A stretch of 64,000 nucleotides of DNA, taken from positions 2,504,488 to 2,568,487 of the forward strand of contig OY760098.2 of NCBI GenBank assembly GCA_963663065.2, given 5' to 3'. A program made the position numbers and the translations under genes. The notes under the pieces were generated by a model. The model saw nothing but the letters and a program-made list of their open reading frames with translations. It made no database searches and was not told the origin of the DNA. This stretch comes from Aggregatilineales bacterium (GTDB lineage Bacteria; Chloroflexota; Anaerolineae; Aggregatilineales; Phototrophicaceae). Positions within the stretch are counted from its first letter, which is position 1; each line of letters begins with the position of its first letter. Below are positions 53,293-64,000 of the stretch, in pieces.

Positions 53293-55998
53293 TCATTCAG
53301 CCAGGAAGTTGCGCAGAACGGTATGCAGGATGCCACCATTGCGATAATAATCGACCTCGACCGGCGTATCCAGCCGAGCGATCACCGAGAATTCTTTTCG
53401 CGCGCCCGCTTCATCCGTCGCCGTGACCGTCAGCCGCTGCATCGGTTTGATATTGTCACTCACGGGGATGTCATAGCGCTCATGCCCGCTCAAGCCCAGC
53501 GACTGGTATGACTGCCCATCGGCGAATGTCAGTGGCAGCACACCCATCATGACCAGATTGCTGCGGTGGATGCGCTCGATGCTTTCGGCGATGACGGCTT
53601 TGATGCCCAGCAGCAGCGTGCCCTTGGCCGCCCAATCGCGCGATGAGCCCATGCCATAATCCTTGCCGGCCAGCACAATAAGCGGGCTGCCATCGGCTTG
53701 GTAGCGCAGCGAGGCATCATAAATCGACATTTTTTCCATTGTCGGCAGGTAAAAGGTCACGCCGCCTTCGCTGCCGGGCACGAGCAGGTTGCGCAGGCGC
53801 ACATTGGCGAAAGTGCCGCGCGTCATCACCCTGTCGTTGCCGCGTCGCGAGCCAAAGCTGTTGAAGTACTGCGGGCTGACATCGCGTTCCAGGAGGTACT
53901 GCCCGGCTGGCCCGTTGATGGCGATGGCGCCGGCCGGCGAAATATGATCTGTGGTCACAGAATCACCGCCCTTGACCATGACGCGCGCGCCCAGGATCGG
54001 CTCAATTGGCGGCGCTTCTGGCGGCAGGTCGAGGAAGAAGGGCGGTTCCTGGATATAACTGCTTTCGGCATCCCAGGCATAAACCGGCTCATCGGTGCTG
54101 GGGATAGCGTTCCATTGCGGGTTGCCATCATAGACGTTGCCGTATTGTTCCAGGTACATGCCGGCGTCCAGGCTGTCTTGCACGGTCTGGAGGATCTCTT
54201 CTTGGCTGGGCCAGATATCGCGGAGGAATACGTTTTCGCCTTCGTCGTCTCTGCCGATGGGCTCGCTGTTCAGGTCGATATCCACGGTGCCAGCCAGCGC
54301 ATAAGCCACCACCAGCGGCGGCGAAGCCAGGAAGTTGGCGCGCACGTCTGGTCCGATCCGCCCGCCGAAGTTGCGATTGCCGCTGAGCACGGAGGCCGCC
54401 ACGATATCGGCAGCGTGTATGGCTTCGCGGACAGGTTCGGGCAAGGGACCGCTGTTGCCGATGCAAGTCGTGCAGCCATAGCCAACCGTGTGGAATCCCA
54501 GCGCTTCCAGATGCGGCGTCAAACCGGCTTTATCCAGGTATTCGGTCACTACTTTGGAGCCAGGCGCCAGGCTGGTCTTGACGTAGGACTTGCGCCGCAG
54601 CCCGCGCTGATTGGCTTTCTTGGCCAGCAAGCCCGCCGCCACCATCACCGAGGGATTGCTGGTATTGGTGCATGAGGTGATGGCTGCGATGACGACGGAG
54701 CCATGCTTGAGCATTGCGCTCTCGCCATTGTTGCGCACTTCGCCCAGCGCCCCCAGCTGTTCTGGCGACAAGGCGAAACCCTGCGGACCAAGCGGCGCTG
54801 TCAAGACCTGGTTGAAGCGCGGTTTGAGTTGGCTGACCAGGATGCGGTCCTGGGGGCGCAGAGGACCTGCCACGCTGGCTTCGACCGTGCTCAGATCCAG
54901 TTCCAGGGCGTCGTTATAGGCGGGGTCGGGGCTTTCGTCGGCGCGGAAGAGCCCTTGCTCTTTGCAATACACTTCGACCATTTGGACGAGCGCTTCGTCA
55001 CGCCCCGTGCGGCGCAGGTAGCTCAGCGTTTCCTCATCCACGGGGAAGAAACCCATTGTCGCGCCATATTCCGGCGCCATATTGGCTATGGTGGCGCGGT
55101 CTGGCAGGGTCATGCTGCTCAAGCCGGGTCCATAGAATTCGACGAACTTGCCCACCACGCCTTTCTCGCGCAGCATCTGCGTAACGACCAGCACCAGATC
55201 GGTCGCGGTGGCGCCTTCGGGCAGCTGGCCCATGAGCTTGAAGCCGACCACTTCCGGCATCAGCATATAGATAGGCTGGCCCAGCATGGCCGCTTCGGCT
55301 TCTATCCCGCCGACGCCCCAGCCGAGCACGCCCAAGCCGTTGATCATGGTGGTATGGCTGTCCGTGCCCACCAGCGAATCGGGCAGAGCCACGAAGCCAT
55401 CGCCCTGGGGATCCGGAGCCAGTTGAACGACCTTGCCGAGGAATTCCAGGTTGACCTGGTGCACGATGCCGGTGGCCGGCGGCACAACCTTGAGGTTCTC
55501 AAAAGCTTTCTGGCCCCAATGCAGGAACTCGTAACGCTCGCGGTTGCGCACGAATTCCATTTCGGCATTCCGTTGGATAGCGTCTGGCGAGCCAAAGACA
55601 TCCACTTGCACGGAATGGTCGATCACCAGGTCTACCGGCGTCTTGGGATTGATCTTCTGCGGATCGCCGCCCATGCGAGCCATGGCGCTGCGCAAAGCCG
55701 CCAAATCCACCAAAGAAGGCACGCCGGTGAAATCCTGCAGGATGACCCGCGCCGGGCTGAAAGGAATCTCCACCGGCTGGGCATCGCTTGCGCCCCAGGA
55801 AGCCAGGTTGATAACGTCCTCGGGCTGGAAATGGCGCCCGTCCTGGTTGCGCAGGGCATTCTCCAGCAACACCTTGATGCTGAATGGCAATCTTTCGATG
55901 TCGCCGATCCCGGCTTGTGAGAGTTTGTTCAAGCGATAGATGCCAACTCGCAAGCCCCCGCTCGTGAAGCTGCCGCGTGTTCCGAATCTGTCATGCAT
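53293..55998 (-). CDS. acnA: Aconitate hydratase A
   Basis: 901 aa. Motifs [24 protein letters not shown] and [11 protein letters not shown] (Fe-S cysteines). Confidence 0.95.
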   Translation of the reverse strand: MHDRFGTRGSFTSGGLRVGIYRLNKLSQAGIGDIERLPFSIKVLLENALRNQDGRHFQPEDVINLASWGASDAQPVEIPFSPARVILQDFTGVPSLVDLAALRSAMARMGGDPQKINPKTPVDLVIDHSVQVDVFGSPDAIQRNAEMEFVRNRERYEFLHWGQKAFENLKVVPPATGIVHQVNLEFLGKVVQLAPDPQGDGFVALPDSLVGTDSHTTMINGLGVLGWGVGGIEAEAAMLGQPIYMLMPEVVGFKLMGQLPEGATATDLVLVVTQMLREKGVVGKFVEFYGPGLSSMTLPDRATIANMAPEYGATMGFFPVDEETLSYLRRTGRDEALVQMVEVYCKEQGLFRADESPDPAYNDALELDLSTVEASVAGPLRPQDRILVSQLKPRFNQVLTAPLGPQGFALSPEQLGALGEVRNNGESAMLKHGSVVIAAITSCTNTSNPSVMVAAGLLAKKANQRGLRRKSYVKTSLAPGSKVVTEYLDKAGLTPHLEALGFHTVGYGCTTCIGNSGPLPEPVREAIHAADIVAASVLSGNRNFGGRIGPDVRANFLASPPLVVAYALAGTVDIDLNSEPIGRDDEGENVFLRDIWPSQEEILQTVQDSLDAGMYLEQYGNVYDGNPQWNAIPSTDEPVYAWDAESSYIQEPPFFLDLPPEAPPIEPILGARVMVKGGDSVTTDHISPAGAIAINGPAGQYLLERDVSPQYFNSFGSRRGNDRVMTRGTFANVRLRNLLVPGSEGGVTFYLPTMEKMSIYDASLRYQADGSPLIVLAGKDYGMGSSRDWAAKGTLLLGIKAVIAESIERIHRSNLVMMGVLPLTFADGQSYQSLGLSGHERYDIPVSDNIKPMQRLTVTATDEAGARKEFSVIARLDTPVEVDYYRNGGILHTVLRNFLAE

Positions 55999-56223
55999 GG
56001 CGCTGTCCTTTTCTGGCTGCTGGCGCGGCGAGATGCCCGCGGATCTGTAAGCCTGCCAGCGTCTAGTCTACCAAAGAATCCCGCGCTGTGTTACCGCGAC
56101 TCGAGCGCGAGAGGCGCGAATGAAGGCAGAGAAGTTCTCACTGTGAAAGCGCCGCGCTCTCTAGTAGACTAGCCGCGATTTCCAATTGACTTGAACCGCG
56201 TAATGCAAGAGGCGCCCGCCAAA

Positions 56224-57204
56224 ATGACCAAGAGACGAAGCCGCACGCGCGAAGCCAGGCAACGCCGCCAGAAACAGCGCCGCCAGAACCGGCGACTCGC
56301 CCTGCTCATCGCGATTGTGATGGTGGCGGTGGTGGCCATCGCCGTCTTTGTTGTATCCAACCAGCCGGTCGAGGCTTATGTGGCGGAGGATCTTTCGGCG
56401 CGTTATGAGAACATTGAACGCTCATTTTCTGCCGAAGGTTACCCGAGACTGGGGGATTCGGACGCGCCAGTGAATCTGACCGAATACGCCAGCTTTGCCT
56501 GCCCGGGCTGCGAAGCTATTCACAGCGCCAGCATCGACGCCATACTGGAGCGCGTACGGGATGGGCAGGTCCGCTTTACTTATGTGCCGCTGCAGACCGG
56601 TTCCGTGCCCAACGCTGAGGGCGCTTCCCGGGCGGCGCTTTGCGCTGGCCAAGAGGACATGTTCTGGGAAATGCACGATGTGCTCTTCGATTGGCAGACG
56701 CGCTATGGCAATACGGCCTTCTCGCAGAACCGCTTGCTGGCTGGCATCGAAGCGCTGGACCTGAGCGCCGGCGCATTCACCGACTGCTTCAATTCGGCCG
56801 CCATCAACAATATCCTGGATGCCGCGCTGAACGAAGACGTTAGCACAACGCCGACCATCCGGGTGAACGGCGTCACGCTGGAAGCCGGGCAAGCCATTCC
56901 ATCGACCGAAGCCATCCTGCGCGCGATTGATGAAGCCACGCCGGCGGATTGGGGCTTGCCCGCTGAAGAGCCTGTAGACGCGGAAGCCGAAAGCGAAGCC
57001 GCCGCTCAAGCCGAAGTGGACGCGCCTGCAACCGAGACGCCGCAAGAACCTGCGCCCGCGCAAGAAGAAAGCCCGGAGCCCGCTGATGATGTGGAACCAA
57101 CTGAGAGCGAATCCCCAGCCAGCGACTCTGAAACAGCGGTAGATGAGCCGACGAGCCAGCCCGCCAACGCGCAAGAGACCTCAGCGGAAGATGCCGACGC
57201 CTAG
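56224..57204 (+). CDS. Membrane-anchored DsbA/thioredoxin-fold thiol:disulfide oxidoreductase with acidic C-terminal tail
   Basis: Arg-rich N-terminus, one TM helix and the CxxC motif FACPGCEAIH. Start is uncertain (56191 TTG, 56203 ATG or 56224 ATG). The tail is Glu/Ala/Pro-rich. Confidence 0.75.
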   Translation: MTKRRSRTREARQRRQKQRRQNRRLALLIAIVMVAVVAIAVFVVSNQPVEAYVAEDLSARYENIERSFSAEGYPRLGDSDAPVNLTEYASFACPGCEAIHSASIDAILERVRDGQVRFTYVPLQTGSVPNAEGASRAALCAGQEDMFWEMHDVLFDWQTRYGNTAFSQNRLLAGIEALDLSAGAFTDCFNSAAINNILDAALNEDVSTTPTIRVNGVTLEAGQAIPSTEAILRAIDEATPADWGLPAEEPVDAEAESEAAAQAEVDAPATETPQEPAPAQEESPEPADDVEPTESESPASDSETAVDEPTSQPANAQETSAEDADA

Positions 57205-57209
57205 CCGAG

Positions 57210-57626
57210 CTAGCGCGCCAGCATGGGACCCAGCGCCCGCCCGCCAAGCAGGTGCATGTGCAGGTGAAAGACCTCCTGCCCGCCATGCGCATTGCAATTG
57301 ACGATCAGCCTGTAGCCGCTCTCTGCGATGCCTTCGTCTTTGGCGATCCGCGCCGCGACCAGGAAGAGCCTGCCCAGAGCCGCTTCATCGGATTCGGCGA
57401 CATCGTTGGCTGTGGCGATTTCGCGTTTGGGGATGATCAGGATATGCGTCGGGGCTTGCGGCGCAATATCGCGGAATGCCAGCGCCAGCTCGTCTTCATA
57501 GACAATATCGGCGGGAATCTCTTTGGAGATGATTTTGGAAAATATCGTGCTCACGCGCTTGCCCCCATTTGCCTTGACCCTTTTGAATGCGTGAATGGCT
57601 TCGCTCGCGGAATAAGCCCGGCTCAC
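57210..57626 (-). CDS. HIT family (histidine triad) nucleotide-binding protein
   Basis: HLHMHLLGG triad. The GTG at 57626 overlaps the fabG stop (GTGA). An alternative GTG at 57554 would give a more typical 114-aa protein. Confidence 0.8.
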   Translation of the reverse strand: MSRAYSASEAIHAFKRVKANGGKRVSTIFSKIISKEIPADIVYEDELALAFRDIAPQAPTHILIIPKREIATANDVAESDEAALGRLFLVAARIAKDEGIAESGYRLIVNCNAHGGQEVFHLHMHLLGGRALGPMLAR

Positions 57627-58369
57627 ATCACCATGCCGCCATCCACCACCAGCGTCTGCCCGGTGATGTACGCGGCATCGGGCGACGCCAGGAAAGCCAC
57701 TGCCTTGGCGATATCGGCTGGCTCGCCCATGCGTCCCAGCGGGATGGCTGCGATTGCGCTGTCTTTCAGCTCCGCGGACAGGTCTGCGGTCATGTCAGTA
57801 TTCACGAAGCCCGGCGCCAGGGCATTAACGCGGATGCCGCGCGGCGCCACTTCCTTCGCCAGCGACTTGGTCAGCCCGATTATGCCGGCTTTGCTGGCTG
57901 CGTAATTGGTCTGCCCGCCATTGCCAGCGATGCCGACGACGCTGGTGATATTGATGATGCTGCCCGCGCGTTTGCGCATCATGAGCCGAGCCGCTTCCTT
58001 GCAGCAGAGCCAGCAGCTGCGCAGGTTGGTGGCTTGCACGATATCGAAGTCAGCCGGTTTCATCATCATGATAACGTTGTCGCGGGTGATGCCGGCGTTG
58101 TTGATCAGGATGTCCAGCTTGCCATGCTGCGAACGGATGCTCTTGAAAAGCGCGCTCACCTGGTCCGCATCGCAGACATCGGCTTTAAGGGCGATAGCGG
58201 ATCCGCCGATGGCTTCAATGGCCGCAACTGTGGCTTCCGCCGCCTGGGCATTGCTGAGATAGTTTACGATTACGTGCGCGCCCTCCGCCGCCAATTCCAG
58301 GCAGATAGCTCTTCCGATGCCGCGGCTGCCGCCGGTGACCAAAGCCGTCTGCTTCTCAAATCGAGTCAT
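57623..58369 (-). CDS. fabG: 3-oxoacyl-ACP reductase-like SDR
   Basis: ATG at 58369 follows a GGAAAGGGGG RBS. Motifs [12 protein letters not shown] and YAASKAG are present. Confidence 0.8.
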   Translation of the reverse strand: MTRFEKQTALVTGGSRGIGRAICLELAAEGAHVIVNYLSNAQAAEATVAAIEAIGGSAIALKADVCDADQVSALFKSIRSQHGKLDILINNAGITRDNVIMMMKPADFDIVQATNLRSCWLCCKEAARLMMRKRAGSIINITSVVGIAGNGGQTNYAASKAGIIGLTKSLAKEVAPRGIRVNALAPGFVNTDMTADLSAELKDSAIAAIPLGRMGEPADIAKAVAFLASPDAAYITGQTLVVDGGMVM

Positions 58370-58459
58370 GAAGCCCCCTTTCCTCACAGGCTCTATTATG
58401 CGCTTGAATCCGCCGGCTATCCAGATGATCTCGGCGGGGATTAGTCTCTAGAATGTTCA

Positions 58460-60052
58460 TCAGCCCGAGCCGCCAACCCAAGCGAGCAACTTGACTTGGC
58501 CACGCAGGTCGCTGGTGATGCTGCTTGCGCCGAAGCCGTTGGCGCTGGCCACATAAATGTCATTGCGCCCGTCCACGCGCGGATTGACGCCGGCGAAAGC
58601 GATAAATTGCCCATCTGGCGAGTAGCGCGGATCGCACATGGTCGGTGGCGGATTGGCGCTGGCCACAGTGCGCAGACGTCTGTCGCGGACGCGAACGCCA
58701 TAGGGACAGTGCCCGCCGGCGCCGCCTATGGCTATGCGAGAGCCATCGGGCGACCAGGCAGCTGAAAGACTGTAACGCGGGAAATCCAGGTCAGCGTCAG
58801 CGCCCAGCACTGTGTTATCCGCGCTGAGCAGCAGAAGGCGATTCTCGCTGTCCGTGATTTGCGCGAGCGTGGCATGGCCGCTTGGGGACCAGCTTTCGGA
58901 TAGATAGCTGGCGCCATCCGGGCTTTCAGGCGGGCGGATCTCACGCGTATCCCCTGTGCTGATATCGGCTCGCCAGATGCGCCGCTGGGGATTGAGCAGG
59001 TCAAACGGGTCGCCTGTGGCCAAAGCCAGCAGTGTCGCGTTGATCCAGTAGGGCGCTTCGGTCACCGGCAAGTCTGCGATGAGCGATACGCTGCCGCTGG
59101 AGACCTCATAGAGATAAACCTGTCCGCTGCTGGGCGTCTGCTGGCTGAGGGCGTCGCAGAAATCTCGCTCGCCAGGCTGCCAGCTTGGGCATTGAGCGCG
59201 GTCGGATACAAAGGCGATATACGCGCCATCCGGCGACCAGCTGGGCCAAAAGTCGAAACTGCCATGATCGGTGATATTCACGCGGCCCGAGCCATCTTTG
59301 GCATAGAGAAAGATGTCCATGTCATAGCCGGTGGCCAGAGCGAGAGCCAGCTGTTCCCCATCGGGCGACCAGGCCGGCGGCATATAGCTGCCTCGCTGCA
59401 CCAGAGGATTGCCGCCCGCCAAAACCCGCGCGCCGAAGCCGGTGGCCAGGTCGAGGATGTATAAGCCGTCCTCGCGCGGATCGCCATTGGACTGCGCATA
59501 AGCCAGGGCATTGCCCGGTTTGGCAAGGAAGATCTCGAGGGGCCCCGTCGATTGCAATTCCAGCACGGGAATGCGGCTGCGCGCGCTGTATGGCGAGGCG
59601 AAGTAGACTGTCTGCACGCCGGTGAAAGGTTGGGCGGTGGCTATATTGGCGATGGAATCTTGCCGGTTGACGCTGAGGAAGGCGATCATTTGATTGGCGA
59701 TGCCATCCTTGATTTCGGCCGGCAATTCGGAGACATCCCAATTGTCAAAGACATAGCCGCTGGCGGGCCAAGGAGTAATGGAAGGCGTCGGCGTTGGACT
59801 GGGCGACGGCGTTATGGTTGGCGTATTGCTGGCGGTTGGGCTGGGGCTCGGGCTTGGTGTTGCAGTAGGCGTGCTGGATGCGGTCGGGCTGGGCGTCTGG
59901 CTGGGTCTTGGCGTTTCGCTTGGCCTGGCGGTTGGAGTCGGCTGGCTGAGCGCGCTGCATGCGGACAGGGCGACAAGCATCATGCAGGCGAGGCAGGTTT
60001 GCTTCAGCGCAGAGACAGCGAGGCGGGGAGTTCTCATTTGCTCGCTCCGCAT
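58460..60052 (-). CDS. Secreted TolB-like beta-propeller protein (PD40/WD40-like repeats) with Ser/Thr/Pro linker
   Basis: Signal/anchor segment, then a PTPSxTP linker, then repeated W(S/A)PDG motifs ([42 protein letters not shown]). Confidence 0.8.
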   Translation of the reverse strand: MRSEQMRTPRLAVSALKQTCLACMMLVALSACSALSQPTPTARPSETPRPSQTPSPTASSTPTATPSPSPSPTASNTPTITPSPSPTPTPSITPWPASGYVFDNWDVSELPAEIKDGIANQMIAFLSVNRQDSIANIATAQPFTGVQTVYFASPYSARSRIPVLELQSTGPLEIFLAKPGNALAYAQSNGDPREDGLYILDLATGFGARVLAGGNPLVQRGSYMPPAWSPDGEQLALALATGYDMDIFLYAKDGSGRVNITDHGSFDFWPSWSPDGAYIAFVSDRAQCPSWQPGERDFCDALSQQTPSSGQVYLYEVSSGSVSLIADLPVTEAPYWINATLLALATGDPFDLLNPQRRIWRADISTGDTREIRPPESPDGASYLSESWSPSGHATLAQITDSENRLLLLSADNTVLGADADLDFPRYSLSAAWSPDGSRIAIGGAGGHCPYGVRVRDRRLRTVASANPPPTMCDPRYSPDGQFIAFAGVNPRVDGRNDIYVASANGFGASSITSDLRGQVKLLAWVGGSG

Positions 60053-60062
60053 CTCCGTTGCT

Positions 60063-62651
60063 TTACTCGGCCGGGTCGGCTTGGGCGGTCATTTCAGGCT
60101 GTGGCGTTTCGGCATCCAGATCCCGCTGTCGCTTGGAGGGCGGCGGCTGCAGGACCAGTTCCCATACCTCCCGCATATCATCAACGAAACATACGGCGAC
60201 ATCCCGCATGACCGCTTTGGGCAGCTCGCGCAGATCTTTAGTGTTGTCGCTGGGCAGGATGATGCGCGGAAGGCCGCGGCGTCGCGCAGCCAGCACTTTC
60301 TCCACCACGCCGCCAACGGGCAGAATGGCTCCCCGCAGGGTGATCTCGCCGGTCATGGCGCAATCGGCGGCTACCGCGCGTTCAGTGAAAGCCGAGAGCA
60401 GCGCTGCCGCCAGGGTGATGCCGGCTGAAGGCCCGTCTTTGGGCACAGCGCCTTCGGGCATGTGAATATGAATGTCGTAATTCTCAAAGTCCTCCGCTGG
60501 CAGCCCGAATTCATGCGCGCGCGACCTCAGGTAGCTCAAGGCGATATGCGCGGATTCCTGCAGGATATCGCCAAGCTGACCGGTGAGCATGAGATTGCCC
60601 TTGCCAGGCGCAAGCGTCGCCTCGACAGTTTGGATCTCGCCGCCATTCGGTGTCCAGACCAAGCCGCTGACTATGCCGACGGCATCCTGGCGATTGACCT
60701 TCGCGCCCAGTAGTTGGGGAGGCCCAAGCAGCTTTTCGACGACCGTCGGACTGATGCGGCGGGGGATTCTGCGTTCGGCCGCGGCTTGCCGGGCGACCTT
60801 GCGGCAGACATTGGCGATTTCGCGTTCCAGGTTGCGCACGCCGCTCTCATACGTATAGTGCCGGATGATATGAATCAAGGCTGGCGTCGTGAACTGAATG
60901 CGCGCTGATGCGATGCCATTGGCTTCGATCTGCTTGGGAATCAGAAAGCGCCGGGCGATCTGCAGTTTCTGCTCTTCGGAATAGCCTTTGAACTCGATGA
61001 CTTCCAGGCGGTCTTCCAACGCTTCCGGAATCGAGTAGAGATCATTGGCGGTGGTGATGAATGTCACCTTGGATAGGTCGTAAGGCACTTCCAGATAATG
61101 GTCGACGAAGTTGCGATTCTGCTCCGGATCGAGGACTTCCAGCATGGCTGAAGCTGGGTCGCCGCGAAAATCGGAGCTCATTTTGTCGATTTCGTCGAGC
61201 ATAAAGACAGGATTGATGGTCTCCGCCCGTTCCATCTGCTGCAGGATGCGCCCTGGCATGGAGCCGATATAGGTGCGGCGGTGCCCGCGGATCTCGGCTT
61301 CATCGCGTACGCCACCCAGGCTGATGCGCAGGAATTTGCAGCCGAGCGCGTCGGCTATGCTCTTGCCCAGGGATGTCTTGCCCACGCCGGGCGGACCGAC
61401 GAAGCAGAGAATCGGGCTTTTCATCTTGTCGCGAGCCAGCTTGCGCACGGCGATATGCTCAAGGATGCGCGCCTTGACTTTCTTCAAGCCATAATGCGCC
61501 CGCTCCAGGATGTCTTCGGCATGCGTCAAATCCAGATTTTCATCGCTGAGCGCATGCCAGGGCAGGGTCAGCAAACGATCCAGGTAAGTGTGTATCACGC
61601 CGGATTCAGGCGACATGGGCGGGATGGCGCCCAGGCGCGATATTTCTTTCAGGGCTTTGACATGGACTTCGGCGGGCAATTCCGCGCTGTGAATCTTGGC
61701 TTTGAGTTCATTGATTTCCTGGCTGAAGACATCGCCATCGCCCAATTCCTGCTGGATGACGCGGACCTGCTCGCGCAAGTACATTTCGCGCTGGTTGGCG
61801 GCGATTTCGTCTTGCAGCCGCGTATGCACCTCGTCATGCAGTTCGCTATCGCGCAGGCCCGCGCTGAGGGTGCCAGCCAGCCTTCTCAGGCGCTCGGCGA
61901 CATTCTCAAGCTCCAGCAAGCGCTGCAACTCATCGGGCGGCAGGGGCAGAATGGCCGCCAGCGAATCACAGAGCAGGCCAGGTTCCTTGAGCGCGAGAAT
62001 ATGCTTGATGACGCCATCGGACATGGCTTCGTTGTATTGGCTGCTGTGTTTGAATAGCTCGACGAGGTCCAAAGCCAGCGCATCCAGCTCGGCGCTGTCT
62101 TCGCGCGTTTCCAGCATGGGGCGCGCGGTTGCGATTGGGAAGGGGCGGCCCGGGCTGATGGCGACAATCTGCACGCGGCGGCGTCCCTGTGCCAACAGGG
62201 TTCGCGATTTCTCCATGAGATCGGCGAACCTGCCCGGCGCAATCTCCGTGCCGACGGCATGAAAGCGATCAATGAGCGCATCAGCATCGCTTGCCGGGCG
62301 CAGTTGGCAGGCGATCAAGGTCTGGTCGCGCGAATTGGCGGCCGCGGCCGCATCCAGAGCGGCTTCGTCGCGCAGTGGAATCAAGCTCAAGACCTGCGGA
62401 AAGACCACCTGGTCGCGCAAGGGCAGCAGCGGCAATTGCAGCAATCCGCCCTCAGCGGGTTTGGCGTTGGCGATGCGTTTCAAGCGCAGCGCAAGCTGAT
62501 TTGACACGGCGACACCTCGGCTGGGAATCCGCTCCCATCGCGAATTGACATAGTGTAATCCAGTTGCGGCGCCGATGTAAATGCCAACCGTGGTTGCCGC
62601 CAGCAACAGCAGCCCGAGGAAATCTGAGCGGGCAGTTTCCGCAAGCGCCAT
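60063..62651 (-). CDS. lon: ATP-dependent Lon protease (LonA architecture), possibly with an N-terminal membrane anchor
   Basis: N-domain [13 protein letters not shown], Walker [10 protein letters not shown] and protease motif [12 protein letters not shown]. Start is uncertain (ATG 62651, TTG 62678, or further downstream). Confidence 0.9.
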   Translation of the reverse strand: MALAETARSDFLGLLLLAATTVGIYIGAATGLHYVNSRWERIPSRGVAVSNQLALRLKRIANAKPAEGGLLQLPLLPLRDQVVFPQVLSLIPLRDEAALDAAAAANSRDQTLIACQLRPASDADALIDRFHAVGTEIAPGRFADLMEKSRTLLAQGRRRVQIVAISPGRPFPIATARPMLETREDSAELDALALDLVELFKHSSQYNEAMSDGVIKHILALKEPGLLCDSLAAILPLPPDELQRLLELENVAERLRRLAGTLSAGLRDSELHDEVHTRLQDEIAANQREMYLREQVRVIQQELGDGDVFSQEINELKAKIHSAELPAEVHVKALKEISRLGAIPPMSPESGVIHTYLDRLLTLPWHALSDENLDLTHAEDILERAHYGLKKVKARILEHIAVRKLARDKMKSPILCFVGPPGVGKTSLGKSIADALGCKFLRISLGGVRDEAEIRGHRRTYIGSMPGRILQQMERAETINPVFMLDEIDKMSSDFRGDPASAMLEVLDPEQNRNFVDHYLEVPYDLSKVTFITTANDLYSIPEALEDRLEVIEFKGYSEEQKLQIARRFLIPKQIEANGIASARIQFTTPALIHIIRHYTYESGVRNLEREIANVCRKVARQAAAERRIPRRISPTVVEKLLGPPQLLGAKVNRQDAVGIVSGLVWTPNGGEIQTVEATLAPGKGNLMLTGQLGDILQESAHIALSYLRSRAHEFGLPAEDFENYDIHIHMPEGAVPKDGPSAGITLAAALLSAFTERAVAADCAMTGEITLRGAILPVGGVVEKVLAARRRGLPRIILPSDNTKDLRELPKAVMRDVAVCFVDDMREVWELVLQPPPSKRQRDLDAETPQPEMTAQADPAE

Positions 62652-62719
62652 TCGCGGACAGATAGTGTAAAATGGCAAGGGTTGTTTCAGAAACGCTGCT
62701 CGCCGGGGGAAGCCGTCTT

Positions 62720-64000
62720 ATGCAAGGTCGCCGCGCGCTCATCTCGATAGCCGCCCTTACTGGCGCGATTGTCCTGATCATCCTGGGGACTCTGCTGCTG
62801 CGGCCGCCACTGCCATTGATTGTCGCCGCCGGCTTTGATCGCCCGGCTATCAGCCCCAATGCGGATGGCGAAGACGATATCGCAGTCTTCAGCTACCGGC
62901 TCTCGCGCCCAGCCAGCATCAGCCTCGCCTTGACGAGCGAAGCAGGCGCGACATTCACTTTCCGGCGCGACCAGCCCCGCAATGATGACGAGTTCAGCGT
63001 GCTCTTCAGCGGCGTTGTGGATGGATTCCTGCATGAGGGCGAGCAGGTAAACGGCATGGTCGAGCGGCGGCTCATCCCCAATGGCGAATACAGTTGGCTT
63101 CTCGAGGCGACTTCTGAGACCGGCGAGGCCATGAGCCTAACTGGCGGTCTGCGCGTGGAAGCGGGCGATAGTCCCTTGCCGATCATGTCGGAGTTTCGGG
63201 TGGCGCCGGCCGTCTTCTCGCCGAACCAAGACGGCGTGGCCGACCGAGTAAGCATCAATGTCTACCTGGCGAAAGATGTTGAGCGGCTGGATGTATTCTT
63301 GCTGGCGGAAGATGGCGCTCGCATTCCCATCTCGGCGCGCGTCGAAGAGCGGCAATATGGCGAGGCGGGGCGGCACCGCTTCGATTATGAGGGTGGAATA
63401 GACCTGGGCGTCGATCCGCCAGCCGACGGGACATACCAGGTTGTGGCCCTGGCGCAGGACAAGGTGGGCCAGCGAGTGCGCATCGAGAGCCAGCTCACGA
63501 TAGAGCAGGGCGGCAAACCCTACGCCGAGATCAAGACGCAAGCCGTTGGCATGGAAGTGGCATTTGAGGTCCAGGAATTTGATATGCGATTTGCTTCGAC
63601 CGCCGATTCGCTCGGCGATCTCTTGCCGCTGCCGGAGGATTCGGCGGCTTTTGCGCCTTCACAGCAGATCACGTTGCCGCTGGGGCAGATGCTGGTCTTC
63701 CGGCTGACGGTGGACAACTATGGCGATGTGCCAATCCGCACAAGCGGTCCGCCGCCGGGCACGGTCTACCAGCAGCATCAGTTGGCTGGCAGCCTGGGCG
63801 CTTTCGACGAATCCGGCGTCTGGCGCGTCGGCATACAGTGCGAGACGTCGATGGTCAGCTTTCCCTATCGCTGGGCGATCGCGGCGGATGACGCGCTCCT
63901 CAAGGTCTTTGACGAAGCCAGCGGAAATAGTTACAGCTACCTTCCTCCAAACACGCGAGCGGTGGTTTGGGGTGGCATCCAGTTCAGCGAAACCCTGGCG
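62720..64000 (+). CDS. Membrane-anchored protein with FlgD-Ig-like modules (5' part; continues past the window edge)
   Basis: Absent from the ORF track because no stop is reached. My translation from ATG 62720 is open to base 64000. It gives MQGRRALISIAALTGAIVLIILGTLLL (a TM helix), then ISPNADGEDDIAVFSYRL and FSPNQDGVADRVSINVYL motifs. Confidence 0.65.
   Translation, partial: MQGRRALISIAALTGAIVLIILGTLLLRPPLPLIVAAGFDRPAISPNADGEDDIAVFSYRLSRPASISLALTSEAGATFTFRRDQPRNDDEFSVLFSGVVDGFLHEGEQVNGMVERRLIPNGEYSWLLEATSETGEAMSLTGGLRVEAGDSPLPIMSEFRVAPAVFSPNQDGVADRVSINVYLAKDVERLDVFLLAEDGARIPISARVEERQYGEAGRHRFDYEGGIDLGVDPPADGTYQVVALAQDKVGQRVRIESQLTIEQGGKPYAEIKTQAVGMEVAFEVQEFDMRFASTADSLGDLLPLPEDSAAFAPSQQITLPLGQMLVFRLTVDNYGDVPIRTSGPPPGTVYQQHQLAGSLGAFDESGVWRVGIQCETSMVSFPYRWAIAADDALLKVFDEASGNSYSYLPPNTRAVVWGGIQFSETLA

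Overview
GC-rich, gene-dense chromosomal segment with about 55 protein genes on both strands and 2 tRNA-Ser genes. There are no rRNA genes, CRISPR arrays, transposases, integrases or phage genes. Most of it is housekeeping: rpsT, comEC, coaD, recG, two degV, a yloV-like gene, rpe, rlmN, anmK, nusB, tatA/B, tatC, sat-cysC, ltaE, citrate synthase, korAB, rnhA, acnA, fabG and lon. Thr/Pro-linker surface proteins, GTAGGGGC-type palindromic repeats and the yloV-degV-recG order suggest a Chloroflexota-like monoderm, but this is inference only. Main observations, strongest first. (1) A candidate cysteine-sensing attenuator sits upstream of a JAMM protease, a CysO-like sulfur carrier ending GG-K, and a MoeZ-like E1-rhodanese operon. 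It consists of a sigma70-like promoter, a possibly leaderless 31-codon ORF with TGT TGT TGT plus one more Cys codon, and an intrinsic terminator. (2) A 5xFN3 Thr/Pro-linker surface protein gene is split from its signal peptide by one in-frame TAA. Its TAG stop is followed in the same frame by an N-terminally truncated DppC/OppC permease remnant, and the junction is AT-shifted. (3) A small non-coding repeat family with 12-bp terminal inverted repeats has two copies, one with an 8-bp flanking direct repeat. Related GTAGGGGCG palindromic modules occur elsewhere. (4) A carbohydrate-type ABC uptake locus includes a divergent ArgH-family lyase, an amidohydrolase_2, a TIM-barrel isomerase-like enzyme and a Gfo/Idh/MocA oxidoreductase; the substrate is unknown. 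(5) An RNase HI is fused to a second RNase H-like domain that has lost its catalytic residues. Lesser curiosities are a three-gene intramembrane protease cluster and a Lon protease with a possible membrane anchor. All functional calls come from reading translated motifs by eye. No database search was run.
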